64,000 nucleotides of DNA, taken from the NCBI GenBank assembly GCA_031409275.1, contig JANNXA010000010.1, positions 160,001 to 224,000 on the forward strand, written 5' to 3'. Below, piece by piece: positions 9,701 through 20,844 of the stretch. A program made the translations under genes and the position numbers. The DNA comes from Planctomycetota bacterium (GTDB lineage Bacteria; Planctomycetota; B15-G4; SIAN01). Below the pieces are notes generated by a model. It was not told the DNA's origin, ran no database searches, and saw nothing but the letters and a program-made list of their open reading frames with translations. Every line of letters starts with the position of its first letter. Positions within the stretch are counted from its first letter, which is position 1.

Positions 9701-11101
9701 CACTTGCGTGCGGCGCCCCGAGCTGTCGTAGCTGAGGGTGGCGGCCTTGCCGTTCTCGAACTGCAGTCGCGTCAGCCGGCCCGAGGCGTGGGTGTGCTGC
9801 TGCGTCGCGAACGTCGGCTCCGTGATCGTCGTCGTTCCCGCGCCGTCGTCGTAGGCGAACGTCCGCAAGTTGCCGACCGCGTCCTGCTGGCTGACGACGC
9901 GACCGCCGCTGTCGTAGGCCTGGGTCCACGGCACGTTGCCCTCGGGACGGGTGGTCGCCGCCAGCAGCGCGCGCCCCGGCAGCGTCGCCGAGTAGGCGAA
10001 GTGGGTGGCGCCGCCCTCCGCATCGGTGACCGTCGCGAGACGGCCCGATCCGTCGTAGGCGTAGCCGACCGTCCGCGTGCCGTCCGCGAGTTGCTGGAGC
10101 CGGCTGTTCGCGTCGTACGCGAGGGTGAACGCGCGGCCGAGCCCGTCCGCGACGCCGCTCAGGCGACCCGACGTGTAGCTCAGCGTCAGCGCGTTGCCGC
10201 GGCCATCGGCGACCTGCGTCATGCGACCGTTCGAGTCGAAGGTGCGCAGCACGTGCTGCTCGGGATCGCGAAGCACGAAGCCGCCGCTGCTGCCGTCGAT
10301 CAGCGCGTACGGCTGATCGCTGCCTTTGACTCGCGTCCAGGTGGTCGTGAACGGGCTGCGCTCGAAGCGGAGCTGACGGCCATCGGCGGCGGTGATCTCG
10401 ACCGCTTCGCCAAGATCAGCGAGCGACCACTCGAACGAATGGCGCCAGCCCGCGCCAAGTCGCCCGGTGGGCAGGCCGTCGGCGACGAAGCGCGACGAGT
10501 AGCGACGCGCGAAGCGCAACGGCAGCGGGCCGCGCAGCAGGAGGTCGGGGCGCTCCTCGACGAAGAGCTCGCCGGTCGCGGTGGCGACCGGATCGCCCGC
10601 GATGCCGCCAAACGGCAGGTTCCCGAAATTGGACGCGTCCAGCGCCACCGCGACCGAGACGACGTGCGGCGAGTAGGGCGAGCAGTTGTTCTCCTGGCAC
10701 GGCCCGCTCTTGCCGACGTCGGCGCCGACCCAGCAGATCTCGAGCGACGCGTTCTGCGCGACCTGCAGCGACGGCTCGGCCACCACCGCGAAGATCTGGT
10801 CGGCGCGATCGCGCACCGTGATCGTCGTACCGCCGCCGGGCAGCAGCGAACCGTCGCCCTTCGCCATGTCGAGCGCGTAGACCTTGAACACGGCACTGTT
10901 CGTGCTCTTGGCGGTGATGTCGGCCTCGCAGCCGCCAAGGTCGACCACGAAGACGAAGCCGGTGGTGCCCGGCCGCAGTTCGATGGCGTTGGGCGTCACG
11001 TCGTGCGCAGGAAGTTCGCTGGCGCAGAACGCGACGCAAAGCGCAGCCACGCTGGCACGGCAAAGCGAACGCAAGGGTGGCGCGAAGGATCGAAACGGCA
11101 T
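6752..11101 (-). CDS. Secreted RHS/YD-repeat protein with DUF6531-like domain, degenerate RHS core and C-terminal CxxCH
   Basis: Signal-peptide-like N-terminus; 'GDPVATATGEL...PLRFARRYSS...LGAGWRHSF'; dozens of YDxxGR repeats; CILCH at 7127-7141; alternative start at 11128. Confidence 0.9.
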   Translation of the reverse strand: MPFRSFAPPLRSLCRASVAALCVAFCASELPAHDVTPNAIELRPGTTGFVFVVDLGGCEADITAKSTNSAVFKVYALDMAKGDGSLLPGGGTTITVRDRADQIFAVVAEPSLQVAQNASLEICWVGADVGKSGPCQENNCSPYSPHVVSVAVALDASNFGNLPFGGIAGDPVATATGELFVEERPDLLLRGPLPLRFARRYSSRFVADGLPTGRLGAGWRHSFEWSLADLGEAVEITAADGRQLRFERSPFTTTWTRVKGSDQPYALIDGSSGGFVLRDPEQHVLRTFDSNGRMTQVADGRGNALTLSYTSGRLSGVADGLGRAFTLAYDANSRLQQLADGTRTVGYAYDGSGRLATVTDAEGGATHFAYSATLPGRALLAATTRPEGNVPWTQAYDSGGRVVSQQDAVGNLRTFAYDDGAGTTTITEPTFATQQHTHASGRLTRLQFENGKAATLSYDSSGRRTQVVDRRGDRSTVAFDSASGFPASVTAPDGSVTRWQWSARVASGFTFHDVTRITAPGGEFEQFTWDPAGNVLTRTDFGGGVWSRTYGARGEVLTATAPDGGVRLAGWRSDLLLDHVVDAAGQTTGFDYDALGRLTDVMLSGGAMRHAVWDHLDRLTSITDEIGETTLLAWDMNSNLQTVQLPGSRTFSFSYDSMDRVWAVLDPEGGSATIQFDVLGRPSSVTDGGGISLQLAWNASGRLLGATDGSGLDYSLGYDDEDVLASFDAADGARTTFTSDRRGQLTRITSAEGREQRFTRDRNGRVAETTSGEGARTRFTRDESGAVIEAATLNGGQTMTIDRDSRGRSIGVGSGGGVRFARNRDERGDVVGAIDPVGREWLTTLDVRGLPSRVDLPGAAHVDLQWSDRGELAEANFSDGTTIEWLHDDDGRIVSATDVAISRDDVGRVEISNGIASTRDLAGRLLTTTLQPGLIVSYQYDLAGRLAHVGDGGVGSVDYAWDTAGRLASRTFGNGVLERYDWDNDGWLARFRVDGSSGSMADLQFTRDDAGRIVTADRLQPVVGLPAVGVMTSVFDAAGQDAALSYDALGRRTGDGTRSYSWDGAGRLVGANDGTDSYDFTWDGLGRVLSGRVNLGPLTEFTWNDATTRPSLGFMSDGGVPSHAYVATPTGELLWSIDLSTSAREYYHFDENGNTLFETDAAGAISDAYAWGPMGELLGTLGGSTSYPYADLALGGRDFALSLGVGVAFGDRVWDTAHCSTLQPIRDFGWLAQLGATPYGLGRFPQPGGRLGRADESVSVALDTFATAIGGGLDNRWLGGDSRFDGRSLARRFDLDGVLTSAANRQNVALVMHLALGATTCILCHSGQTLDLSTLIGPLEAQGRGAAAPPATLLAGASGYFGDRLLGFDRRPFADWLDRSVARLATDEPLPPAIDGVNARLAIEKLLAVEMFVGFAEVPGAVSDAARRARADDVASDFLEAFAHLGSDE

Positions 11102-11210
11102 GGAGCAGCTCCCGGATCGCCCGCGCATGAAGTCGCGGGGGCGTCAGGAGAGACGGGAAGCGCTCGCAGGAGCGGACACGGCCGGGACGCGCCCCGGGCG
11201 GCGCCCGGGT

Positions 11211-11797
11211 TCAGCCGCCGTGGCCGCGCCGCGCGATCTCGAAGCAATCACGAAAGCGGGCCAGCGCGCGCTGCCGCGCCTTCTCGGCGGCGTCGCGACC
11301 GATCGACCACTGCGCCGCCTGCTCGGCGACGTCGAGGCCAGCGCAGATCCCCTCCACCAGCGCGCGATCGCGGGGCAGAAGCATGTCGAGCGCCAGCGCG
11401 GCCAGCGAGAGCTGCTCGCGACGCACGGCGAACGTGGACGGACCGGTCACCGAGGCCGCGAGCTCGCGAATCGCGCCGAGGTCGGCGCTGTCGTGCGCGC
11501 CGCCGGCGAGCCGCAGCACCTCACCGCCACGCCGCTTCAGCGCCAGCCAGTGGTCGCGACGATCGGCGAGCCAGCGCTCGCCGGCGGTGAAGAGCCAGGC
11601 GCGCTGCGCGGCCTCGTTGCCTTCGCTCGGGCGCGCGTCGCGTTCGAGCAGGTGCGCGCAGATCCCCTGCGCGAGATCGTCCGCTGTCTCGAGCCGCAAC
11701 AGCAGCCGGCCGGCGCGACGACGGACGAAGTCGGACAGGAGCTCGAGCTCCTCGCCGAGCCAGCCTCCGAGGTCGATGCGCGCATCGCGCGGCTGAC

Positions 11798-11801
<4 letters not shown>
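11211..11801 (-). CDS. ECF-type RNA polymerase sigma factor (kinase-associated, planctomycete-like)
   Basis: Region 2-like 'ADDLAQ...AWLF'; 'TGPST' linker; region 4-like 'LLPRDRALV...VAEQA...AAEKARQRAL'; ATGA overlap with the kinase stop. Confidence 0.8.
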
Positions 11802-14839
<3,038 letters not shown>

Positions 14840-14870
14840 GGCGGCGCAGTTTGCGCCGCGAAGCGCGTCC

Positions 14871-15923
14871 CTACCAGCGCAGCAGCAGCAGTTCCGAGCA
14901 GAAACCGGGTCCCATCGCCAGCATCACGCCGAGCTTGCCGGGCAACGGGCGGCGCCGCAGCAGCGTCTGCTCGAGGATCAGCAGCACCGAGGCGCTCGAC
15001 AGGTTTCCGACCTTTTTCAGGCTCTCCCACGAGAGCGCGAGATCCTCGTCCGTCACGCCGAGCGAGTCGCGCGCTCCTTCGAGCACCTTGGGGCCGCCCG
15101 GATGGCAGACCCACGACGCGATGTCGCGCCGCGTCAGCTTCAGGTCGGCGAGGAACGCGTCGACGTCGGGGCCGAGGCGCTCGCGCGCGACCTTCGGCAC
15201 CGCCGAGGAGAGGACGAGGCTGAACCCCTTCTCGCTGATGCGCCAGCCCATCACCTCTTCGGTGTCGGGGTAGAAGACCGAGCGCGTCGCGACGATGGTC
15301 GGGCCGTTCGCGGCGCGGTCGGCGCCGACCACGATCGCGCAACTCGCGCCGTCGCCGAAGAGGCCGCTCGCGATCACGTTGGCGATGCCGGTGTCGCCGC
15401 GCTGCACCGTGAGCGAACAGAGCTCGACGCTCACCACCGCCACCACGGCGCGCGGATCGCCGCGCACGAAATCGGCGGCGCGCGCGACCGCGGCTGCGCC
15501 GGCGACGCAACCGAGCCCGAACAGCGGCATGCGCTTCACGTCGCGGCGCAGCCCCATGCGATTGACCAGGCGGGCGTCGATCGAAGGACTCGCCAGGCCG
15601 GTCACGGTGGTGAAGACGATCGCATCGACGTCCTGCACCGCGAGGCCGGCGCGTTCGAGTGCGAGCGTCAACGCGCGCTGCGCGAGGTCGGTGGCGGCCG
15701 AGATCCAGGCGTCGTTGAAATCGCCGAAGGTCGTGAACTCGGCGTAGCGCTCGAGCGGGAAGGCGAGGTGGCGGCCGTCGACCTGCACGTGATCGTGCAG
15801 CGCGTCGAGGCGGCGCAGCACGGCCGGCGCATCGCGCCAGACCACCTCCCGCAGGTAGCGCGTGAGCGTCGCCTGATCGTAGTAGTGAACCGGCAGGGCG
15901 CTGGCGACGGCGGCGATCTTCAC
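14871..15923 (-). CDS. Type III polyketide synthase (chalcone/stilbene synthase family)
   Basis: Catalytic triad contexts FGLGCVAG, CHPGGPK, GNLSSAS; LFGDGA; AMGPGFCSE. Confidence 0.93.
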   Translation of the reverse strand: MKIAAVASALPVHYYDQATLTRYLREVVWRDAPAVLRRLDALHDHVQVDGRHLAFPLERYAEFTTFGDFNDAWISAATDLAQRALTLALERAGLAVQDVDAIVFTTVTGLASPSIDARLVNRMGLRRDVKRMPLFGLGCVAGAAAVARAADFVRGDPRAVVAVVSVELCSLTVQRGDTGIANVIASGLFGDGASCAIVVGADRAANGPTIVATRSVFYPDTEEVMGWRISEKGFSLVLSSAVPKVARERLGPDVDAFLADLKLTRRDIASWVCHPGGPKVLEGARDSLGVTDEDLALSWESLKKVGNLSSASVLLILEQTLLRRRPLPGKLGVMLAMGPGFCSELLLLRW

Positions 15924-15957
15924 AGCGAAGCGAACTCCATCGGGGACATGACGGCGA

Positions 15958-16345
15958 TCATTCGAGCAAGCTGCGACGCAGGGCCAGCCGACCAACCTCG
16001 ATCTCGAGCTGCAGAAAGCCGGGCGCGGCGCGCAAAGGGACCGGCTCCTGATCGCCGAGATCGAGCGCCTCGTCGATGATGCGCCAGCGACCCGAGAGCG
16101 TCTGGAACTGCGGCGACGACTCGCCCTGCACCAGAGCCGCGCCGGTGTACTCGCCGACCGCACGGGTACGCAGCTCGATCCACAACGTGACCGTCGGGTC
16201 GACCGAGATCACGCGGATCGTCAACTTGCCCGACGCTCGACCGTTCACCGTCTGCTACGTCGAATCGACAACGGCCTCGTCGAAGCCGCTCCACTCGAAC
16301 ACGATCGGGCGATGGGCAGCGACGTCGACGTGCTCGCGGGGCGTT
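15958..16345 (-). pseudogene. Possible gene remnant interrupted by an in-frame TAG
   Basis: Protein-like 'EHVDVAAHRPIVFEWSGFDEAVVDST*QTVNGRASGKLTIRVISVD...' continues in the same frame across TAG 16255-16257; no clear start. Confidence 0.3.
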
Positions 16346-16554
16346 GGCGATGAAGTCGGGGATCGGGCGGTCGCAGCGTGAGCGGCGTGGCGCTGCAGGC
16401 GACGCGGCGCACCGGCGCGGCGACGCTGCGGTCGGGCCACCGCGTACAGCGGCGATTGAGCGGCGCCGGAGGCCGCGTGGACGGGGCCGTCACGACGACG
16501 CGCGCCGGTGGCTCGCTGCGGCTGCCGGCGAGCCAAGGAGCTCTCGTGGCGCGC

Positions 16555-16752
16555 TTACGTCTTCTTGACGAAGATCGAGCGGCCGACCCATCCCCAGATC
16601 GCGCCGAGGAAGCCGGCAAGGCAGGCGATGACGGTCGCGCGCAACGCCGCATCATCGAGTTGCGAGACGCCGCTGAGCTGAGGCGCGATCAGCCGATCGG
16701 CCACGAGGCCGACGATCACTGCACCGGTCAGGCAGGCCACCAGCATCCGCAT
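16555..16752 (-). CDS. Small two-TM membrane protein (65 aa)
   Basis: Two hydrophobic helices; GGAG about 7 nt upstream of ATG. Confidence 0.65.
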   Translation of the reverse strand: MRMLVACLTGAVIVGLVADRLIAPQLSGVSQLDDAALRATVIACLAGFLGAIWGWVGRSIFVKKT

Positions 16753-16846
16753 CGCGCGCTCCAGGAACCGACTGACTCGATCGTCGGCTGCCGCCGGCCC
16801 GGTCTTGAGTCGGGAGCCGCGCCAAATTCCCCGCGGGTGGCGCCCA

Positions 16847-16923
16847 TGGTGTCCCCGGCGGGAGTCGAACCCACGGCCTTCGGTTTAGGAAACCAACGCT
16901 CTATCCATCTGAGCTACGGGGAC
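16847..16923 (-). tRNA. tRNA-Arg (anticodon CCT)
   Basis: Reverse complement GTCCCCG TAGCTCAGATGGATAGAGC G TTGGT-TTCCTAA-ACCGA AGGCC GTGGG-TTCGACT-CCCGC CGGGGAC ACCA: full cloverleaf with encoded CCA. Confidence 0.97.
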
Positions 16924-16935
16924 GAAGGCGGCGGG

Positions 16936-16941
16936 ATTGTA
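16936..16941 (-). promoter_or_regulatory. Putative -10 box (TACAAT) of the tRNA-Arg gene
   Basis: TACAAT on the minus strand about 12 nt upstream of the tRNA 5' end; no canonical -35. Confidence 0.4.
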
Positions 16942-17181
16942 CTCGCGCCCCCGGCCGCACCGCCGCGCGCGTGGCGCGACCGCCACGTTTTTGGCGACGC
17001 CAGTGACGCTCGAAGTTCCTTTCCGCTGAACGCGAAGGAGTGGCGTTCAGGCAACCGCCACTCCTTCCTTCGGTGGCCCGTTCACCGTGCATCTCCCTCC
17101 CGAACGAACGACTCGAGCGCCTCTCCAAAGCGTGCGTCCCGCGACCCCCTCAGGCTCCGGCGCAGTCGCCAAGGGGCTTTC

Positions 17182-17850
17182 GTGACTTGCCCTGGCGACC
17201 CCCCGCTTTGCCACCTCGCGCGCCGCGCGCAAGGCGGAGCTGCGTCCGATTGGGCCGACCTCCACCGCACCCTGAAGGACTTCGTCTTCTGGGCGGTCCA
17301 GCGCCGCTTCTCTTCGGCGTTGCGCCGGCAGATCGAGCCGCGTGACCTGGCGCAAACGGCCTGGCTCGTGATCTTCCAGAAGCTCCCCAAAGTCGAGCTT
17401 CGGGACGACGCGTCCCTGCTCGGCTGGATCCGCAGCGTGCTCGAGAATCTCGCGACCGACCTCGAGCGGCGCCTGCTCCAACAGCGACGCGACCACCGGC
17501 GCGAGGTCGACCTCGCCAGCGTGCTGCGCGAGCTCGATGGCGACCTGCCGGCGGCGCTTCAGACCGCGACCGCCGAGCACGTCGACCGCTCCTGGGTCAG
17601 CCAGGAGTGCGCGGAAGCGGACGCCGCCATCGAGCGGCTCAATGAGCCAGACCGCGAGGCGTTCCTCCGCGTCCAAGTGCTCGGCTGCAGCGTCGCCGAA
17701 GCGGCCCGCCAGCTGAACGTGCCGGAGTCGACGGTCAGGCGCCGGGTCGAACGGGCGCGCGCGACCCTCGCCGCGATGCTCGGCGCAGCGAGCGGCGGCG
17801 AGGCCCGCGAAGAGGCCCGCAGCCATGTCCGCGAGAGGGACGCTCGCTGA
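17182..17850 (+). CDS. ECF-type RNA polymerase sigma factor
   Basis: 'LARRAQGG...IEPRDLAQTAW...GWIRSVLEN' and 'LNEPDREAF...SVAEAARQLNVPESTVRRRVERAR'; start approximate. Confidence 0.88.
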   Translation: MTCPGDPPLCHLARRAQGGAASDWADLHRTLKDFVFWAVQRRFSSALRRQIEPRDLAQTAWLVIFQKLPKVELRDDASLLGWIRSVLENLATDLERRLLQQRRDHRREVDLASVLRELDGDLPAALQTATAEHVDRSWVSQECAEADAAIERLNEPDREAFLRVQVLGCSVAEAARQLNVPESTVRRRVERARATLAAMLGAASGGEAREEARSHVRERDAR

Positions 17851-17865
17851 CCACTCGCTTCGGCG

Positions 17866-18177
17866 CTATTGCGCCGGCGCGACGAACGGCGGCGGGTCAC
17901 ACCGCGAAGCGGCCGCCGATTCGGCCACGCCACGCGATGCCACCCCCCTCAACCGCTGCTCGAAGCGCTCGAGGCGTTCGAAGCCACGGGCGAGGATCGT
18001 CCACTCCGCGTCGAGGGCGGGTTGGTCCCGCCGCAGTTGCGCGAACTGCGTCGCGCCTGGAGTCGGGCAGACCTCCAGGAGCTTCGCAAACAGGCGCTCG
18101 GCTTCGAGCTGCCGCTGCTGCCGGGCATGCTCAACGCTGGAGGGGCGATCCTCTACGGTCATCCAATCCTTGGCCAT
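17866..18177 (-). CDS. Small hypothetical protein resembling the N-terminal pre-kinase segment of planctomycete Ser/Thr kinases
   Basis: 'AERLFAKLLEVCPTPGATQFAQLRRDQPALDAEWTILARGFERL'; convergent with the ECF gene. Confidence 0.45.
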   Translation of the reverse strand: MAKDWMTVEDRPSSVEHARQQRQLEAERLFAKLLEVCPTPGATQFAQLRRDQPALDAEWTILARGFERLERFEQRLRGVASRGVAESAAASRCDPPPFVAPAQ

Positions 18178-18450
18178 CCGATGCTTCGGTGATGAACGGC
18201 CGCTTCCACGAACGCCGCCGTTCAACGCCACCCCAAGGGAACGCCCCATACGCCGCGCCGAACTGCCGCGCCGACCGCGTCCCTCGGGGAACTCACTCTT
18301 TGTTCCGTCGGTCACGCCGCCCGTGCGGCGCTACCCTCGAGAACCCCTCTGCCTATGGGAACGGCGTCGCCGCTCGTATCCGCCGTCGCTGCGGGAAAGT
18401 CCTCGTCCCTCGGGCGGCGAGCACGATGCGGGTCGACTAGGAGCCGGTAG

Positions 18451-20781
18451 ATGTCCCAGATGTGCGCCAAGACCGCCCGCCCTGGAGTTCGGGCGTGGCT
18501 CGCCGTCCTCCTCGCCACCTGCATCGCGGGACTCCGGGCACCACGGCTGCCGGCGCAAGGAATGCCCGCACCGAGCAAGGTCGAGTCTTGGATCTCGCCG
18601 CTCAACCAGAAGCGCATGAAGATCGAGTGGGAGGGGCCGCCCGAATACAAGGCGAAGAAGCTCCCCGACGGGTCGAGCGAGGCTCCGCGCTCCCCATGGC
18701 CCTTCCTGCTCTACGTGAAGGACGTCGACAGCAAGGAGGCGCAGAAGATCAGCGCCGTCGTCTTCGCCGATGCCCGCATCGCACTCGCCTCGTTCGCCGT
18801 CAAGTTCGTCCAGCTGCCGCCCGACCGCGCCATCGAACTCCCCTACCTGAAAGGGGTCGCCGGGCTGAAGGACCCGATGCTGCTGGTGATCGACCGCGAT
18901 TTCAAAGTGGTCGGCGTCGTCGACGAGTGGAAGAACTTCGACGACAAGGGGGTCCTGCCGCTGTTGCAGAAGGTCTCCGACGCGACCTACCCGGTGAAGC
19001 TCGCCGGCTTCCTTGGCGAGCTGATGAAGCTGATGCAGGACGGCGAGAAGAGCTGGAAGCAGGAGGAGCGGGTCGCCGAGCTGCAACGCAAAGCGGGCTG
19101 CGCCGACCCGGCCAAGCAGAAGGCGCTCGACGAAGAGTGCGACAGGCTCGAGAAGGAGATCGAGGAGGCCAATGCGGCGCTCGCCAAGCGCGAGGCGGAG
19201 CTGCGCGCCAGCTTCGTCGCGCGCGAGCCCGAGGCCGCGGCGCTGCCCGAGACCTTCGGCAGCGGCCGCAACAAGCGCAAGCTCACGCCGGCGGAGATCG
19301 AGGCGATCGCCTCGTACCGCGAGTTCGCCCGCAACGAGAACCCGATCGTGCGCGCGGCGGCGGTCGAAGACCTCGGGAGCATCGACACCGGCGCGATGGT
19401 CGAGTTCATCCTCAGCGCCTGCAACGACGTCGACGATCGTGTCGTCGAGGCGGCCGGGCGCGCGCTCGGGAGGATGAAGAGCGACGAGTCGCTCGGTGCG
19501 CTGCTCGCCGGCCTTGACCACCAAAACGCCAAGGCGCGTTTCGCCGCCGCGTACGGCTTCTCGCGCATCCATCGCGCCTACCCGCCGGCGGTGCCGAAGC
19601 TGCTGTCGATCCTGCGGACCGGCGATGACGATCAGCGCCGCGCGGCGATCCAGGCGCTGGCGAACATGAAGGATGCGTCGACCGTCGACGCCTTGATCGA
19701 GGCGCTCGCCGACAAGATCCCCGCGCTGCGTGTCATCGCCGCCGAGGCGCTCGGCACCTTGAAGGCCGCCAAGGCGGCGCCGGTGCTGCTGGCGCAGGTC
19801 GAGACGGCCAGCGACTGGGCGCTCCAGAAGGTCGCCTGCGAATCGCTGGCGGCGCTGCGCGACGTCGCCACCATCGAGCCGCTGCTCCGGCTGTTCGAGA
19901 CGCGCGAAGGGGTCCTGCTCGAAGCGCTGCACAAGACGCTCGCCTCGATCACCGGCGAGGACTTCGGCATGGACGCCGCGTTCTGGCGGCGTTGGTGGGA
20001 CCGCGCGGGCGCCGGCTTCGTCCTGCCGACCGACGACGAGCTGGCCAAGAAACGCGACCGCCTCGAGGCCAACAACGCGAAGTACAAGCGCCCCAACACG
20101 AAGACCTACCACTCGATCGACACGCTCTCGAAGCGATTGATCTTCGTGATCGATACCTCGTCGAGCATGGGCGACAAGATCACCATCACCGATTCGGCGA
20201 CCAAGGAGCAGGTCGAGGCGTTCGGCAGCCGCGTGAAGATGGACATCGCCAAGAACGAGCTGATCGCGCTGCTCGGCACGCTGGAGAACGACGTCGAGTT
20301 CAACATCATCACCTTCGCCGGCAGCGCCAAGCCGTGGCAGGACGGCCTGGTCAGCGCCTCGCAACGCACCGCGGCGATCAAGTTCGTCAGCAAGCTGCAG
20401 CCGCTCAAGGCGGCGGCGACCGGAGGTCGCGCCAGCGGCCCCACCACCGGCAGCGACGAGCAGAAGACCAACACCTACGGCGCGATCCTCGCCGCCTTCG
20501 GCTTCGCCGATGAAGGGTCGCCCGACTGGAAGAAGCGCGGCAAGGTCGACACGATCTTCTTCGTGACGGACGGCTTGCCCACCACCGGCCAGATCGTCGA
20601 CGTGCCGAAGATGATCGACGCCGTCTGCGAGATGAACCGCAGCCGCGGGATGACGATCCATCTGGTCATGTTCGACGCCGACGCCGCACGCCGCCTCGAG
20701 GGACTTGCCACGCGCAACGGCGGCAAGTGCGTCGTGCGCAACTTCGAAAGCGGGGGCCCGCCGCCACCCGACGGGAAGTGA
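18451..20781 (+). CDS. Secreted HEAT-repeat + von Willebrand A domain protein
   Basis: Signal peptide; HEAT repeats (VRAAAVEDLG, RRAAIQALA, RVIAAEALG); VWA MIDAS 'FVIDTSSSM', 'TNTYGAI', 'VTDGLP'. Confidence 0.88.
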   Translation: MSQMCAKTARPGVRAWLAVLLATCIAGLRAPRLPAQGMPAPSKVESWISPLNQKRMKIEWEGPPEYKAKKLPDGSSEAPRSPWPFLLYVKDVDSKEAQKISAVVFADARIALASFAVKFVQLPPDRAIELPYLKGVAGLKDPMLLVIDRDFKVVGVVDEWKNFDDKGVLPLLQKVSDATYPVKLAGFLGELMKLMQDGEKSWKQEERVAELQRKAGCADPAKQKALDEECDRLEKEIEEANAALAKREAELRASFVAREPEAAALPETFGSGRNKRKLTPAEIEAIASYREFARNENPIVRAAAVEDLGSIDTGAMVEFILSACNDVDDRVVEAAGRALGRMKSDESLGALLAGLDHQNAKARFAAAYGFSRIHRAYPPAVPKLLSILRTGDDDQRRAAIQALANMKDASTVDALIEALADKIPALRVIAAEALGTLKAAKAAPVLLAQVETASDWALQKVACESLAALRDVATIEPLLRLFETREGVLLEALHKTLASITGEDFGMDAAFWRRWWDRAGAGFVLPTDDELAKKRDRLEANNAKYKRPNTKTYHSIDTLSKRLIFVIDTSSSMGDKITITDSATKEQVEAFGSRVKMDIAKNELIALLGTLENDVEFNIITFAGSAKPWQDGLVSASQRTAAIKFVSKLQPLKAAATGGRASGPTTGSDEQKTNTYGAILAAFGFADEGSPDWKKRGKVDTIFFVTDGLPTTGQIVDVPKMIDAVCEMNRSRGMTIHLVMFDADAARRLEGLATRNGGKCVVRNFESGGPPPPDGK

Positions 20782-20844
20782 CCGAGCGCGCGCCGCTCGC
20801 GGCGGCGAAGCGCCCGCTCAGCCGACGCGCCTTCGCGTGGCCCG

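Noticed and set aside
7448..11590. Very long plus-strand ORF (1380 aa) and similar ones (e.g. 11864-15223, 35502-39521, 22158-24803, 50185-52731)
   Set aside because: Antisense or alternate-frame shadows of real genes; stop codons are scarce at this GC content and the translations are Arg/Ala-rich with no motifs
16255..16257. Pyrrolysine or programmed read-through at the amber codon
   Set aside because: No pyl genes or supporting context; pseudogenisation or sequence error is simpler
16847..16923. tRNA-Arg as integration site of a genomic island
   Set aside because: No integrase, no duplicated tRNA 3' end seen in the window, and no visible composition shift
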